The notes under the pieces are model-generated. The model ran no database searches, was not told the origin of the DNA, and was given only the letters and a program-made list of their open reading frames with translations. From the NCBI GenBank assembly GCA_913031205.1, contig CAJWEM010000003.1:3474-67473 (forward strand): a DNA stretch of 64,000 nt, read 5' to 3'. The stretch is from an uncultured Gammaproteobacteria bacterium (GTDB lineage Bacteria; Pseudomonadota; Gammaproteobacteria; Poriferisulfidales; GCA-002705445). The translations under genes and the position numbers were made by a program. This document shows positions 49,297 through 62,265 of this stretch, piece after piece. How positions within the stretch are numbered: the first letter of the stretch is position 1; each line of letters starts with the position of its first letter.

Positions 49297-50028
49297 ATGG
49301 TCTGCACTTTTGGTTTCACTGGGAATAATTCTTTTAAAGCGTTTGAAGTTCCTCTATCTTCAAGTTTTTATCAATGCTCTGTTAAAAAAGACCTGTATTT
49401 ATCTTTATATGAAAACAAAGCACTTAATAAAGTTGAGAGAAATATTTTTATCAAGAAAATGGGTGTAAGGCTTCCAAAGTATATTGGCTTTTTCAAGAAA
49501 CACACAAGAAACTCTATATTTTCGTGGCAATTAATTGCAGCACTGTCATACCAAGAGTCACATTGGAATCATAAAGCAGTTTCAAAAACCAAGGTTAAAG
49601 GCCTAATGATGTTAACAAAAAATACCGCAAACTATATTGGTGTTAAAAACAGGCTTGATCCAAATGAAAGTGTATATGGCGGAGTAAAATATTTAGAAAA
49701 TATTTTCAAGAGACTGCCAGCTTCAATTGTAAGCTCTGATAGAATCTGGATGACTTTGGCTGCATATAATGTTGGTTTAGGGCATTTGGAAGATGCAAGA
49801 ATAATTACCCAAAGATCTGGTGGAAACCCAAACTATTGGTCCGATGTTAAAAAATATTTACCGCTTCTGTCAAAAAAGAAATATTATAAAAAAACAAAAT
49901 ATGGCTATGCAAGAGGGTATGAGCCAGTAATTTATGTAGAAAGAATAAAGGCTTACTTAGATATTATATATGAAAACAATAATTCTTACTTAGCTTCTCT
50001 TTCTCTTAAAAAAATTTTTAATAATTAA
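49297..50028 (+). CDS. lytic transglycosylase domain protein, homologous to the C-terminal half of MltF only
   Basis: 243 aa. WQLIAALSYQESHWNHKAVSKTKVKGLMMLT (catalytic Glu), AAYNVGLGHLEDAR and GYARGYEPVIYV blocks of the MltF SLT domain. There is no signal peptide and no N-terminal SBP-like domain. It is adjacent to tadA, as mltF is in E. coli. Confidence 0.7.
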   Translation: MVCTFGFTGNNSFKAFEVPLSSSFYQCSVKKDLYLSLYENKALNKVERNIFIKKMGVRLPKYIGFFKKHTRNSIFSWQLIAALSYQESHWNHKAVSKTKVKGLMMLTKNTANYIGVKNRLDPNESVYGGVKYLENIFKRLPASIVSSDRIWMTLAAYNVGLGHLEDARIITQRSGGNPNYWSDVKKYLPLLSKKKYYKKTKYGYARGYEPVIYVERIKAYLDIIYENNNSYLASLSLKKIFNN

Positions 50029-50442
50029 CGAGCAATCGTTTTTTAGAACGCCTCCTTTAAATTCGGGTATATGATCAACATTACAATTTTTTTTATAAAA
50101 TAAAATTTTTTCATTAAATTTTTTTTCATCATCTACGTAAGCACCAAAGATTACACGATCAATTCTCGCTTCACAAATTGCGCCAATACACATGATACAG
50201 GGCTCCAAAGAAATATATAAAGTTGTATTTTTTAGTCTATAATTATTTATCTTTTTACAAGCTCTTCTTATAACATTAATTTCAGCGTGTGAGGTTGGAT
50301 CTTTGTCGTTTATCGGAGAATTATGTGACTCGAAGATTATTTCATTATTTATAATTAACAATGCTCCTACTGGTATTTCCTTTAGAGTTTCAGATTTTTT
50401 TGCAAGCTCTATGCATTTTTTTATATAAGATTCGTCATTCAT
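49990..50442 (-). CDS. tadA: tRNA-specific adenosine deaminase
   Basis: 150 aa. HAEINVIR and PCIMCIGAI zinc motifs. Confidence 0.9.
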   Translation of the reverse strand: MNDESYIKKCIELAKKSETLKEIPVGALLIINNEIIFESHNSPINDKDPTSHAEINVIRRACKKINNYRLKNTTLYISLEPCIMCIGAICEARIDRVIFGAYVDDEKKFNEKILFYKKNCNVDHIPEFKGGVLKNDCSLIIKNFFKRKRS

Positions 50443-50526
50443 CTATTATTTGAGTAATAATTGTTTTATATTAGTTAAGCATTTCAGTATTAATTTTATT
50501 TAATTAACTTTCAAGAGGAAAATAGT

Positions 50527-51075
50527 ATGAGCGATAGAATTGTAATGAGAGTGGCTGAATCACTTGTTGCAGGTGGTCCTCCGGGAACAGCTGCGGAACC
50601 TGAAGTTGTAATTGGAGAGCTAGATGGACCTGTAGGCACAGCTTTTGCAACTCTTCTTGGTGATCAAGTAAAGGGGCACTCAAGAGTCTTGGCAATTATG
50701 AACACAGATATTATGGTCAAACCAGCAACAATAATGGTTAGTAAGGTAACAGTAAAAAATGAAAGATATACAAATATACTTATGGGCACTGTTCAAGGTG
50801 CAATCGCAAATGGTGTGCTTGATGCCGTAAGAAATGGAGATATTCCTAAAGAAAAAGCAAATGACTTAGGAATTATTGTATCAGTATGGCTTAACCCGTC
50901 AGTAATAAAAGATGATAATTTAGACCATAAGATTCTTTTTGATATACATAGAAAGGCGACTTCACAAGCAATAGCTAAAGCTATGAAAAATGAGCCGGAT
51001 ATTGATTGGTTACTCGACAATCAAGAGAATATTATTCATAAATACTATCAAATGGGTCTTGACGGAAAAATATAA
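50527..51075 (+). CDS. formaldehyde-activating enzyme (Fae) family protein, possibly a Fae-like paralogue
   Basis: 182 aa. Collinear similarity to my recollection of Methylobacterium extorquens Fae: VGE.LVG.G...IG...GP...AF, KP.T.M..KVT, A...GV.DAV..G.IP...A.DL.++V.V. Confidence 0.7.
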   Translation: MSDRIVMRVAESLVAGGPPGTAAEPEVVIGELDGPVGTAFATLLGDQVKGHSRVLAIMNTDIMVKPATIMVSKVTVKNERYTNILMGTVQGAIANGVLDAVRNGDIPKEKANDLGIIVSVWLNPSVIKDDNLDHKILFDIHRKATSQAIAKAMKNEPDIDWLLDNQENIIHKYYQMGLDGKI

Positions 51076-51084
51076 GATAAAATT

Positions 51085-52566
51085 TTAGTTTATAAAAATG
51101 ATAGGAACTGAATAAATTTCATAATTGAAAAAATATTTTAATAGAAAATAAGATATTATCGTTACTAAAAAAATTGAAATTATATTTAATATAATTCCTG
51201 CTTTAACCATATTTTTAATTGATATCTTGCCGCTACCAAATATTACAGCATTTGGTGGCGTTGCAACTGGGAGCATAAATGCACAGCTTGCTGCAATAGT
51301 ACATGGAATTGCAAAGAAAAGTGGATTTACATTTATGCCAATAGCAAAAGCTATGAGTATAGGCGCAAATGTTGCAATTGTTGCTGTATTTGAATTTAAT
51401 TCTGTTAAAAAAATAATTAATGCCACAAAGATAATAATAAGAATAAAAATATTATATCCATCAAAGAATAAAGAAAAACTACCTATCCAATTAGCAAGGC
51501 CTGTAATATTAAATGCTTTGGAAAGTGCAATACCACCCCCTACCAGTAATAAAACGCCCCATGGAATCTTGTTTGCTGTATCCCAGCTACACGCTCTTTG
51601 ATTTTTTTTTATTGGAATAATAAATAAAAGTAATGCTCCAAATAGTCCTATTGAGGTATCGTTTATATTTAAGTCAAAACTACTATTTATAAATCTTCTC
51701 AACATCCATAATGAGGCAGTTAGAATAAAAACCATAGCAACAATTTTTTCAGCATTGGAAGATTTTCCAATATCCTCTTTTAGCTTTGCTAATGTTATTT
51801 GCAAAGCGTCTGATTTATTATTTGGCACCTTAAAAATTATATTTGTTAAGAAAAACCATACAACTGGAAGTAAAATTATAGTTACTGGGAATCCAACTTT
51901 AAACCAATCAAAAAAGCTTATATCATAGTTATAATTTTCGCTTAAAATACTAGCCAACATTACGTTTGTCGGTGTGCCTATCAAGGTTGCTACCCCACCT
52001 ATAGATGCTGAATATGCAATAGCTAATAATAAGGGAACTGTAAGACTACTTTCTTCAGATTTCATTTGGTTAGCAAATATAGCTATAACAGAAGTAGCTA
52101 TTGGCAACATCATTATTGTAGATGCAGTATTGCTAACCCACATACTAATTGAAGCTGTTGCAATCATGAAGCCAGCAATAATTTTACTTGGGCTCGTTCC
52201 AGAGATAGATAAAATATTAATTGCTATCCTTTTATGAAGGCCGCAAGACTCCATGGCGGAAGCAATTATAAATCCCCCTAAAAATAATAGAACTAGAGGA
52301 TGTGCATAAGAATTTGAAATTTCTTGAATTTCAAAAATATTAAAAAATGGAAAAAGTATTATTGGAATTATTCCTGTAACATAAATTGGAACAGCTTCAG
52401 TTACCCACCAAATTGTCATTAAAATTGCTACTCCAGCAGTTATCCAGCCAGAATAACTTAAATTTTCTGGCGGCTCAGAAATGATGAACAATAAAAAGAA
52501 AAGTATTCCTATGGAGAGGCCGTATAAAGAAAACGTATCTCTATCAATCATATTATTCCCATTCAA
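51085..52566 (-). CDS. DASS/SLC13 family anion:sodium symporter
   Basis: 493 aa polytopic protein. Duplicated hairpin motifs (SNTASTIMMLP, NSNTATIATFAP). An alternative start at 52551 would remove the overlap with guaA. Confidence 0.8.
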   Translation of the reverse strand: MNGNNMIDRDTFSLYGLSIGILFFLLFIISEPPENLSYSGWITAGVAILMTIWWVTEAVPIYVTGIIPIILFPFFNIFEIQEISNSYAHPLVLLFLGGFIIASAMESCGLHKRIAINILSISGTSPSKIIAGFMIATASISMWVSNTASTIMMLPIATSVIAIFANQMKSEESSLTVPLLLAIAYSASIGGVATLIGTPTNVMLASILSENYNYDISFFDWFKVGFPVTIILLPVVWFFLTNIIFKVPNNKSDALQITLAKLKEDIGKSSNAEKIVAMVFILTASLWMLRRFINSSFDLNINDTSIGLFGALLLFIIPIKKNQRACSWDTANKIPWGVLLLVGGGIALSKAFNITGLANWIGSFSLFFDGYNIFILIIIFVALIIFLTELNSNTATIATFAPILIAFAIGINVNPLFFAIPCTIAASCAFMLPVATPPNAVIFGSGKISIKNMVKAGIILNIISIFLVTIISYFLLKYFFNYEIYSVPIIFIN

Positions 52567-54090
52567 TTGTTGCAGGCGGCTTAGAGGATATATCTAGGCA
52601 TACGCGGGAGATTCCAGGAACTTCATTTATAATTCTTGAGGATACCTCCTCTAAAAAATCAAACGGAAAATTAAATGGTTTGGCTGTCATAAAATCAATT
52701 GTCTTTACAGCTCTCAAAGATAAAACATTTCCATATGATCTGCCATCACCAGTAACGCCTACTGATTTGACTGGCATGAAAACCGTAAATGCTTGAGATA
52801 TTTGTTCATACATATTTTTTTCATGAAGCATATTTATAAAAATATTATCTGCTTCTCTTAACAAGTCAGCATATTCTTTTTTAACCTCACCAAGTATCCT
52901 CACTGCTAATCCAGGCCCAGGGAAAGGATGTCTATTTATCAACTCTTTTTTTATACCAAGCTCTATTCCAAGCTTTCTTACTTCATCCTTAAAAAGTTCT
53001 CTTAATGGCTCAACAAGTTTTAAGTTCATTTCCTTTGGTAAACCACCTACATTATGGTGCGACTTTATTAAATGCGCATTTTCAGAAGAAGCGGCTGATT
53101 CAATTACATCTGGATAAATAGTCCCTTGAGCAAGCCATTTTACATTATTTATTCTTTTTGCTTCACTTTGAAAAACATCTATAAATGTTTTTCCTATAAT
53201 CTTTCTTTTTTCCTCAGGATCAAAAACACCCTTTAGTCTATCCAAGAATAAATTTGATGCATCAACATAAAGTATTTTTATATTATTGAAGTCTTTGAAG
53301 CTTTGCATAACTTGTTCTTTTTCATTCAGCCTTAAAAGCCCGTTATCAATAAAAATACATGTAAGCTGATTTTCTATGGCTTTATGCAAAATTCCTGCTG
53401 CAACAGAAGAGTCAACTCCTCCAGAGAGACCTAATATTACATTATCTTCTTTGACTTTATCTTGAATAGAAGATATTTGTTGAGCGATAATATTTTTTGT
53501 AGTCCATTCAGACTTTGAATTGCAAATTTTGTTTACAAAATTATAAATTATTTTCCCATTATCAAGTGTATGCGTTACTTCTGGATGAAACTGTATTCCA
53601 TATACTTCTTTATTCTTCATTTTTATAGCAGAAAGACTTTTTGTTTTTGTTGAGGCAATTACATCAAAATCATCTGATATTTTTGTAACGCTATCTCCAT
53701 GAGACATCCAAACTTCAACAAATTTATTTACATTCTTAAATATTTTATTTTCTTTTATAATTTCTAATTCTGCTCTACCATATTCTCTAGAAGATGAACC
53801 TTTGACAGTACCGCCAAATTTTTTACAAATTAGCTGCATTCCAAAACAAATTCCTAGAATTGGAAGATCTGCTTCAAAAATAGAATTTGGTAAGTCATTG
53901 CTATCGTCGTTTACTGTTGAGTTTGGTCCGCCAGATAAAATAATTCCAATTACGTTACTAAAATCTTTAAGATTATTTAGCTTAGACGGAAGTATAACTT
54001 CGCAGTATGAATTATTTTCTCTAACTCTTCTTGAGATTAATTGTGTATATTGGGAACCGTAATCTACAACTAGTATTGTCTGACCTTGCA

Positions 54091-54091
<1 letters not shown>
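52553..54091 (-). CDS. guaA: GMP synthase (glutamine-hydrolysing)
   Basis: 512 aa. GATase domain (GICFGMQ, FHPE), LSGGVDSSV PP-loop and a C-terminal PPATIEWE. Confidence 0.95.
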
Positions 54092-56986
<2,895 letters not shown>

Positions 56987-56990
<4 letters not shown>

Positions 56991-57232
56991 TCTTCATTTT
57001 CAGCTGGAGTATCAGACTCCGCTGCCTTATCTTTTTGCCATACCCACGGCGTTTCTTGACAAATTGCAAAATAAATATAAACGTTTATTAGTAATATTGC
57101 CAACAACGCAAACGCTGCTCCAAGTGTCCATAAGATGTCATGTTGATTACTTGCAAAACCAAATAAATTCATGCCCCAGAAACTTAAAGAGGTAAATATA
57201 ATCATCACAACGCCAGCTATATATTCTCTCAA
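56987..57232 (-). CDS. 81-aa two-helix membrane protein with an acidic tail (unknown function)
   Basis: TTG start with AGGAG 6 nt upstream. Two hydrophobic helices and a C-terminal KDKAAESDTPAENED tail. Lies 56 nt downstream of the reductase gene. Confidence 0.5.
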
Positions 57233-57288
57233 TTTATTCTCCTACGTTCTTATTTTTGCAGAATGATAGCATAGTTTATTGGGATTAT

Positions 57289-58359
57289 CTATTTAGAACC
57301 GGAGTCTAAAAACTTGTCGAAGAAGATTTCTTCATTAGGCATACCTTCGGCCGTAAACTCTTTAATTGCAGCGTCAATCATTGGTGGTGGGCCGCAAAGA
57401 AAGCCTTGGCAATCTTTCATATTAAGTTTACCTTTTTCAATATAGTCTGACTTAAGAAAATCGGTAACCATTCCACGTGCGCCAGTCCAGTCTGAATCTT
57501 CAGGCTCCATATTTAAAACGTATACATATTCAAATTTGAAATTAGGGTTCCATTTCTTTTGAATTTCTTCAAGCTCAGCCTGACTATATATATCTTCTTG
57601 AGTTCTTGCGCCGAACAAGAAAACAGCATCTCTTTCTACTTGATCAATAGCTGCTTGTTCTAAAACAGCTTTGACAGCACTCATGCCACTTCCACCAGCG
57701 ATACATACCATGGTCCCTTTGCCGTCTCGATAGTAAAACGAACCGTAAGGAGTATTAACCTCAATTTTTTGCCCAGTTGGGTCCTTGCCAAAAAGCCATC
57801 TACTAAATCTTCCTTTTGGTACATTTCTGATAAAGAAAGTTAACTCATCAGGATTTTCATTTTGAGGTGCTTTAGCAAAAGAGTAAGATCTTGTGCTACC
57901 AACCTGCTTTACGAGTAGCTCAGAATATTGACCAGCTGCCCCATTATGCTCTAATCCGTCAACACCAACGGTGAGTTCAATAATGTCATGAGTTAGTGAG
58001 GTGACTTTTTTAACTCTCCCCATATAGTTTTTTGTAGCGCTAGCTTTGGCATCACCATCAATAGCAACATCAATACTAACAGGTGTGGTAGCTCGAGACT
58101 GACATGCTAATATCATACCGTCATCAAGTTGTTGACCATCTAATACATAACTGAAATCTGCTGTAGCTTTGATTTTGCCATCGGTTAATTTGCAGGCACA
58201 AGATCCGCAACTTCCGACTCTGCAATCATGTGGAAATGCGACACCAGCTTTTAAAGCTGCATCCAAAATATTTTGATCAGGCTCGACATCAAACTTATAT
58301 TGATCATTGTTTAGACTGACTTCCTGAGGCTCTTTCTTTTTACCTAATCCAAATACCAT
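57289..58359 (-). CDS. 2Fe-2S ferredoxin / FNR-type NAD(P)H oxidoreductase fusion
   Basis: 356 aa. Plant-type ferredoxin cysteines (CRVGSCGSCACKL ... LACQS), RSYSFA flavin motif and GGSGMSAV NAD(P)-binding motif. Fd-FAD-NAD order as in oxygenase reductase components. Confidence 0.8.
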   Translation of the reverse strand: MVFGLGKKKEPQEVSLNNDQYKFDVEPDQNILDAALKAGVAFPHDCRVGSCGSCACKLTDGKIKATADFSYVLDGQQLDDGMILACQSRATTPVSIDVAIDGDAKASATKNYMGRVKKVTSLTHDIIELTVGVDGLEHNGAAGQYSELLVKQVGSTRSYSFAKAPQNENPDELTFFIRNVPKGRFSRWLFGKDPTGQKIEVNTPYGSFYYRDGKGTMVCIAGGSGMSAVKAVLEQAAIDQVERDAVFLFGARTQEDIYSQAELEEIQKKWNPNFKFEYVYVLNMEPEDSDWTGARGMVTDFLKSDYIEKGKLNMKDCQGFLCGPPPMIDAAIKEFTAEGMPNEEIFFDKFLDSGSK

Positions 58360-58448
58360 AAATACTAATTCCTTGTGTCTATAACCACTAACTTAGTTAA
58401 TTAACGTCAAATTTTCCAGTATCCAAAACCTATACTACAGGCTAATAC

Positions 58449-59132
58449 TCAGCCTTCTAAAACATTGATTGCTACGTTTCTTAATGTTCCTGAATCTACG
58501 TCTTCTTTTGTTGGCAAACATGTAAATGGAACAATATCTTCTTTACTAGTTGCTGGATGAGCTTTCACTGCTGCACACCATTCACTTACTTTTGCTCTTG
58601 AAGAGACAACATCACTATTACCTGAAATTTCTAAAGCATTAACACATGCCATCCAATGAATGTCAGCTAGAGAAAATTCCCCGCATATGTAAACGTCTCT
58701 TTTTAGTTTTGGGTCTGTTGGATTAGTTAAAATTTTTTCAAGGACATCGAAAGCTTTGTTAATAGTATCCATGTTACCGCCTGAGCCAGTTAACATACCG
58801 TAAGCTTCCATTTGAACATAATCGGATGCAATATGAGCATATTGATACATAATAGCTCTGATGACCCCGTTCCTTGGAATTAAGGACGGCCCAAAGCCTT
58901 TATCGTCTAAGTAAGAAATTATTGCATTTGGACCATAGACAATATTATCTAAATCTTTCAATACTGGAGCACTATGCAAAGGAGACATTTCTGCAGCTTC
59001 TTCTCCACTATTAATTTTATGTACTTCAACATCTACTCCTTTTTCTCCAGCTGTTTGCAATATTTTAGCTGTATTAATACAACTTGGATTGCCAAATAAT
59101 TGCATAGCCGATGCTAATTTATCACCGATCAT
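58449..59132 (-). CDS. glutathione S-transferase family protein
   Basis: 227 aa. Thioredoxin-like N-domain (LFGNPSCINTAKI...SAPVLKD..IVYGPNAIISYLD) plus a helical C-domain. AGGAGG lies 6 nt before the ATG. Confidence 0.65.
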   Translation of the reverse strand: MIGDKLASAMQLFGNPSCINTAKILQTAGEKGVDVEVHKINSGEEAAEMSPLHSAPVLKDLDNIVYGPNAIISYLDDKGFGPSLIPRNGVIRAIMYQYAHIASDYVQMEAYGMLTGSGGNMDTINKAFDVLEKILTNPTDPKLKRDVYICGEFSLADIHWMACVNALEISGNSDVVSSRAKVSEWCAAVKAHPATSKEDIVPFTCLPTKEDVDSGTLRNVAINVLEG

Positions 59133-59165
59133 ATCTTCCCTCCTAAGAGAATATTATTTTTTTTT

Positions 59166-59360
59166 TTAACTTTCTATTCTTAAAGCGCCAGAAGGACATT
59201 CTGAAACAACATCAGCAATTTTCTCCTCCGAGCTTGCTTCTGTGTCAATTACAAACTTTCCATCTTCCACTTTAAATACTTCTGGTGCTCCTTGTACACA
59301 TTTACCTGCATGAATACAAACACTTTCGTCCCATGATACTTTCATATCAATTCTCCTCAT
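59166..59360 (-). CDS. small divergent 4Fe-4S mono-cluster (Fer4_19-like) ferredoxin
   Basis: VSWDESVCIHAGKCVQGAPEVF...VSECPSGAL pattern. The true start is probably the second ATG at 59345, because the first ATG is part of an AGGAG that sits 7 nt before it. Confidence 0.55.
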   Translation of the reverse strand: MRRIDMKVSWDESVCIHAGKCVQGAPEVFKVEDGKFVIDTEASSEEKIADVVSECPSGALRIES

Positions 59361-59448
59361 TTATTAAACTTCGAGGTCTATTTTACCCAAAAATATTATC
59401 TCTGCAAAGGAATATATATATATAAAGTAATATATATTTGGATAAAAA

Positions 59449-59823
59449 CTATGATTTTTTGAAAGTTAAACTTAAAGAATTTATACAATAACGTTTTCCA
59501 GTAGGTTCAGGCCCATCATCAAATACATGGCCTAAATGACTGTCGCAATTGGAACAACGGACCTCAACTCTACTCATACCTAGGGTATTATCTTCGATTC
59601 TTTTAATATTATTGTTATTTGAGGGCTCTGAGAAACTTGGCCACCCTGAGCCAGAGTCATATTTACTTGAAGATGAGAATAATTCTAATTCGCAACACTT
59701 ACATAAGTAAGATCCAGTTTCATAAAATTTATCATATTTTCCTGAGAAGGCCGGCTCAGTTCCTTTTTTTCTACAAACATAATATTCTTCGGACGATAAT
59801 AAATTTTTCCAATCTTTATCCAT
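59449..59823 (-). CDS. msrB: peptide-methionine (R)-S-oxide reductase
   Basis: 124 aa. Two CxxC zinc motifs (CKCCE, CSNCD), GWPSF, HLGHVFDDGP and RYCINS. Confidence 0.9.
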   Translation of the reverse strand: MDKDWKNLLSSEEYYVCRKKGTEPAFSGKYDKFYETGSYLCKCCELELFSSSSKYDSGSGWPSFSEPSNNNNIKRIEDNTLGMSRVEVRCSNCDSHLGHVFDDGPEPTGKRYCINSLSLTFKKS

Positions 59824-59833
59824 TTAAAATTTT

Positions 59834-61909
59834 TTATTCGACGCCTTTCATTGTAAGTTTTATTCTTCCTTGTTTATCAATTTCAAGAACCTTAACCTTG
59901 ACAATCTCTCCCTCTTTAACTTTATCAGTAACGTTTTCAACTCTTTCTTCACATATTTGTGAAATATGAACAAGGCCATCTTTACCAGGAAGAACGGTAA
60001 CAAAAGCTCCGAAGTCCATAATCTTTTGAACTTTTCCTTCATAAATTTTATCAACTTCAACATCTGCGGTAAGTTGTTCAATTTTAGTTTTAGCAAGCTC
60101 TGCTGCAGATTTATCAACTGATGAAATTTTTATTAAACCGCTATCGTCAATATCAATCACAGCACCAGTTTCTTCGGTAAGCGATCTAATAGTTGAGCCG
60201 CCTTTCCCAATAACATCTCTGACCTTGTCTGATTTAACTTGAAGTGTAATAAATCTTGGAGCATTTTCAGAAACTTCTTCACGCGAAGCGTCAATAACTT
60301 TTGCCATTTCTTTTAGGATATGAATTCTTCCATTTTTTGCTTGCTCTAAAGCTACCTTCATAATTTGTTCTGTAATACCATTTATTTTTATATCCATTTG
60401 TAAAGCAGTAACGCCTTCTGCAGTACCCGCAACTTTAAAATCCATATCTCCTAAATGGTCCTCGTCTCCTAGAATGTCTGAGAGAACAACATAATCATCA
60501 TTATCCTTAATTAGACCCATTGCAATTCCTGCAACTGGAGCAACTAAAGGAACACCTGCATCCATTAATGAAAGGCTTGAGCCACAAACACTTGCCATGG
60601 AGCTTGAGCCATTTGATTCTGTAATTTCTGATACAACTCTTATTACATATGGAAACTCATCCATTTTTGGCAGTACTGCTTGAATTGCTCTTTTTGCTAA
60701 TTTTCCATGTCCAATTTCTCTTCTTTTTGGCGATCCAACAAAACCAACTTCGCCAACAGAAAAAGGAGGGAAATTATAATGGAGCATAAATTTATCTTCG
60801 TATTTGCCATCTATTGCATCAATTATTTGACCATCTCTATCTGTGCCTAATGTTGCAACAACTATTGCTTGCGTCTCGCCTCTAGTGAATAAAGCACTTC
60901 CGTGGGTTTTGGGTAACATACCAACTTCTATAGAAATATTTCTAACCGTCTCATTATCTCTTCCATCAATTCTTGGTTTTCCAGATAATATGTTCTTTCT
61001 AACTATATCCTTTTGTAATTTATGAATTGATGCTTCGATAGAGCTTTTTTTAGAATCATCTTCATCATTATACTTTTCAATGGCTTCTTGTCTTATCTCA
61101 GATAATTTACTTCCCCTTTCAGCCTTATCGGAAATTAAATATGCATCAGAGATACTTTCTTTAAAAAACTCATAAACCTCTGACTCTAAATTTTCATTCT
61201 CATTAATTGGTTTTTCCCAAATATAGTCATTACTCCCAAAATCCTTAACAAAATCGTTAATTTCTTTTATTAAGTTTTGCATTTCATTATGGCCAAAAGC
61301 TACGGCGCTTAACATAATTTCTTCGCTGAGCATTTTTGCTTCAGACTCAACCATTAGAACCCCATCTTCTGTTCCAGCGACCATTAAATCTAACTCAGAA
61401 TCACTTAAGTCAGTTTTTGTTGGGTTCAATATAAAACTGCCATTTTTATAACCTACTCTTGCAGCTCCCAAAGTTCCTTGAAATGGAAGTCCAGATATTT
61501 TTAAAGCTGCGGATGCGCCAATCATTGAAGCAACGTCTGCATCAATTTCATTATTTAGACTCATAACTGTACAAATTATTTGAACTTCGTGACTAAATTC
61601 TTTAGGGAAAAGTGGTCTTATTGGTCTGTCGATTAATCTTGAAGTCAGAGTTTCTTTTTCGGATGGTCTACCTTCTCTTTTAAAATATCCTCCTGGAATT
61701 TTTCCTGCAGCATATGTTTTTTCTTGATAATTTACTGTCAAAGGAAAGAAGTCTTTTGGTTTTCCATCATCTTTAGCAACTAGAGTTGTTAAAACTACAG
61801 TTCCATTCATATCCACAAGAACTGCGCTATTTGCCTGTCTTGCAATCTTCCCAGTCTCTAGTTGGACTTCACAATTTCCGTAACGGAACTTTCTTATTAA
61901 AGGTTTCAT
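59834..61909 (-). CDS. pnp: polyribonucleotide nucleotidyltransferase
   Basis: 691 aa. Two RNase PH domains plus KH ([10 protein letters not shown]) and S1 ([13 protein letters not shown]) domains. Confidence 0.95.
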   Translation of the reverse strand: MKPLIRKFRYGNCEVQLETGKIARQANSAVLVDMNGTVVLTTLVAKDDGKPKDFFPLTVNYQEKTYAAGKIPGGYFKREGRPSEKETLTSRLIDRPIRPLFPKEFSHEVQIICTVMSLNNEIDADVASMIGASAALKISGLPFQGTLGAARVGYKNGSFILNPTKTDLSDSELDLMVAGTEDGVLMVESEAKMLSEEIMLSAVAFGHNEMQNLIKEINDFVKDFGSNDYIWEKPINENENLESEVYEFFKESISDAYLISDKAERGSKLSEIRQEAIEKYNDEDDSKKSSIEASIHKLQKDIVRKNILSGKPRIDGRDNETVRNISIEVGMLPKTHGSALFTRGETQAIVVATLGTDRDGQIIDAIDGKYEDKFMLHYNFPPFSVGEVGFVGSPKRREIGHGKLAKRAIQAVLPKMDEFPYVIRVVSEITESNGSSSMASVCGSSLSLMDAGVPLVAPVAGIAMGLIKDNDDYVVLSDILGDEDHLGDMDFKVAGTAEGVTALQMDIKINGITEQIMKVALEQAKNGRIHILKEMAKVIDASREEVSENAPRFITLQVKSDKVRDVIGKGGSTIRSLTEETGAVIDIDDSGLIKISSVDKSAAELAKTKIEQLTADVEVDKIYEGKVQKIMDFGAFVTVLPGKDGLVHISQICEERVENVTDKVKEGEIVKVKVLEIDKQGRIKLTMKGVE

Positions 61910-61924
61910 TTATTTTCTCTAGGG

Positions 61925-62194
61925 TTATCTTCTTAGTCCTAATGATGAGATTAGACTTTGATATCTGTCAATATTCTTTTTCTTTAAATAATCCAAAAGC
62001 TTTCTTCTAGTGTTTACCATTTTTAGTAACCCATGGCGAGAATGATGATCTTTTTTATGAATATTAAAATGTTCGCTTAAAAACTCAATTCTTTTTGATA
62101 GGAGGGCTATTTGTATTTCTGGCGAACCAGTGTCTGATGTACCAAGTTGGTATTGCTCTATAACCTTGCTCTTTTCTTCAGTTGTTAATGCCAT
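61925..62194 (-). CDS. rpsO: 30S ribosomal protein S15
   Basis: [16 protein letters not shown]...[27 protein letters not shown] trimmed the start to the ATG at 62194 (89 aa). Confidence 0.9.
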   Translation of the reverse strand: MALTTEEKSKVIEQYQLGTSDTGSPEIQIALLSKRIEFLSEHFNIHKKDHHSRHGLLKMVNTRRKLLDYLKKKNIDRYQSLISSLGLRR

Positions 62195-62265
62195 ATATTT
62201 CTCTTTTATCTCTAATTTAAGGGCGCATTCTAGCACGTTATATTAATCATACAAACATTAAGTTT

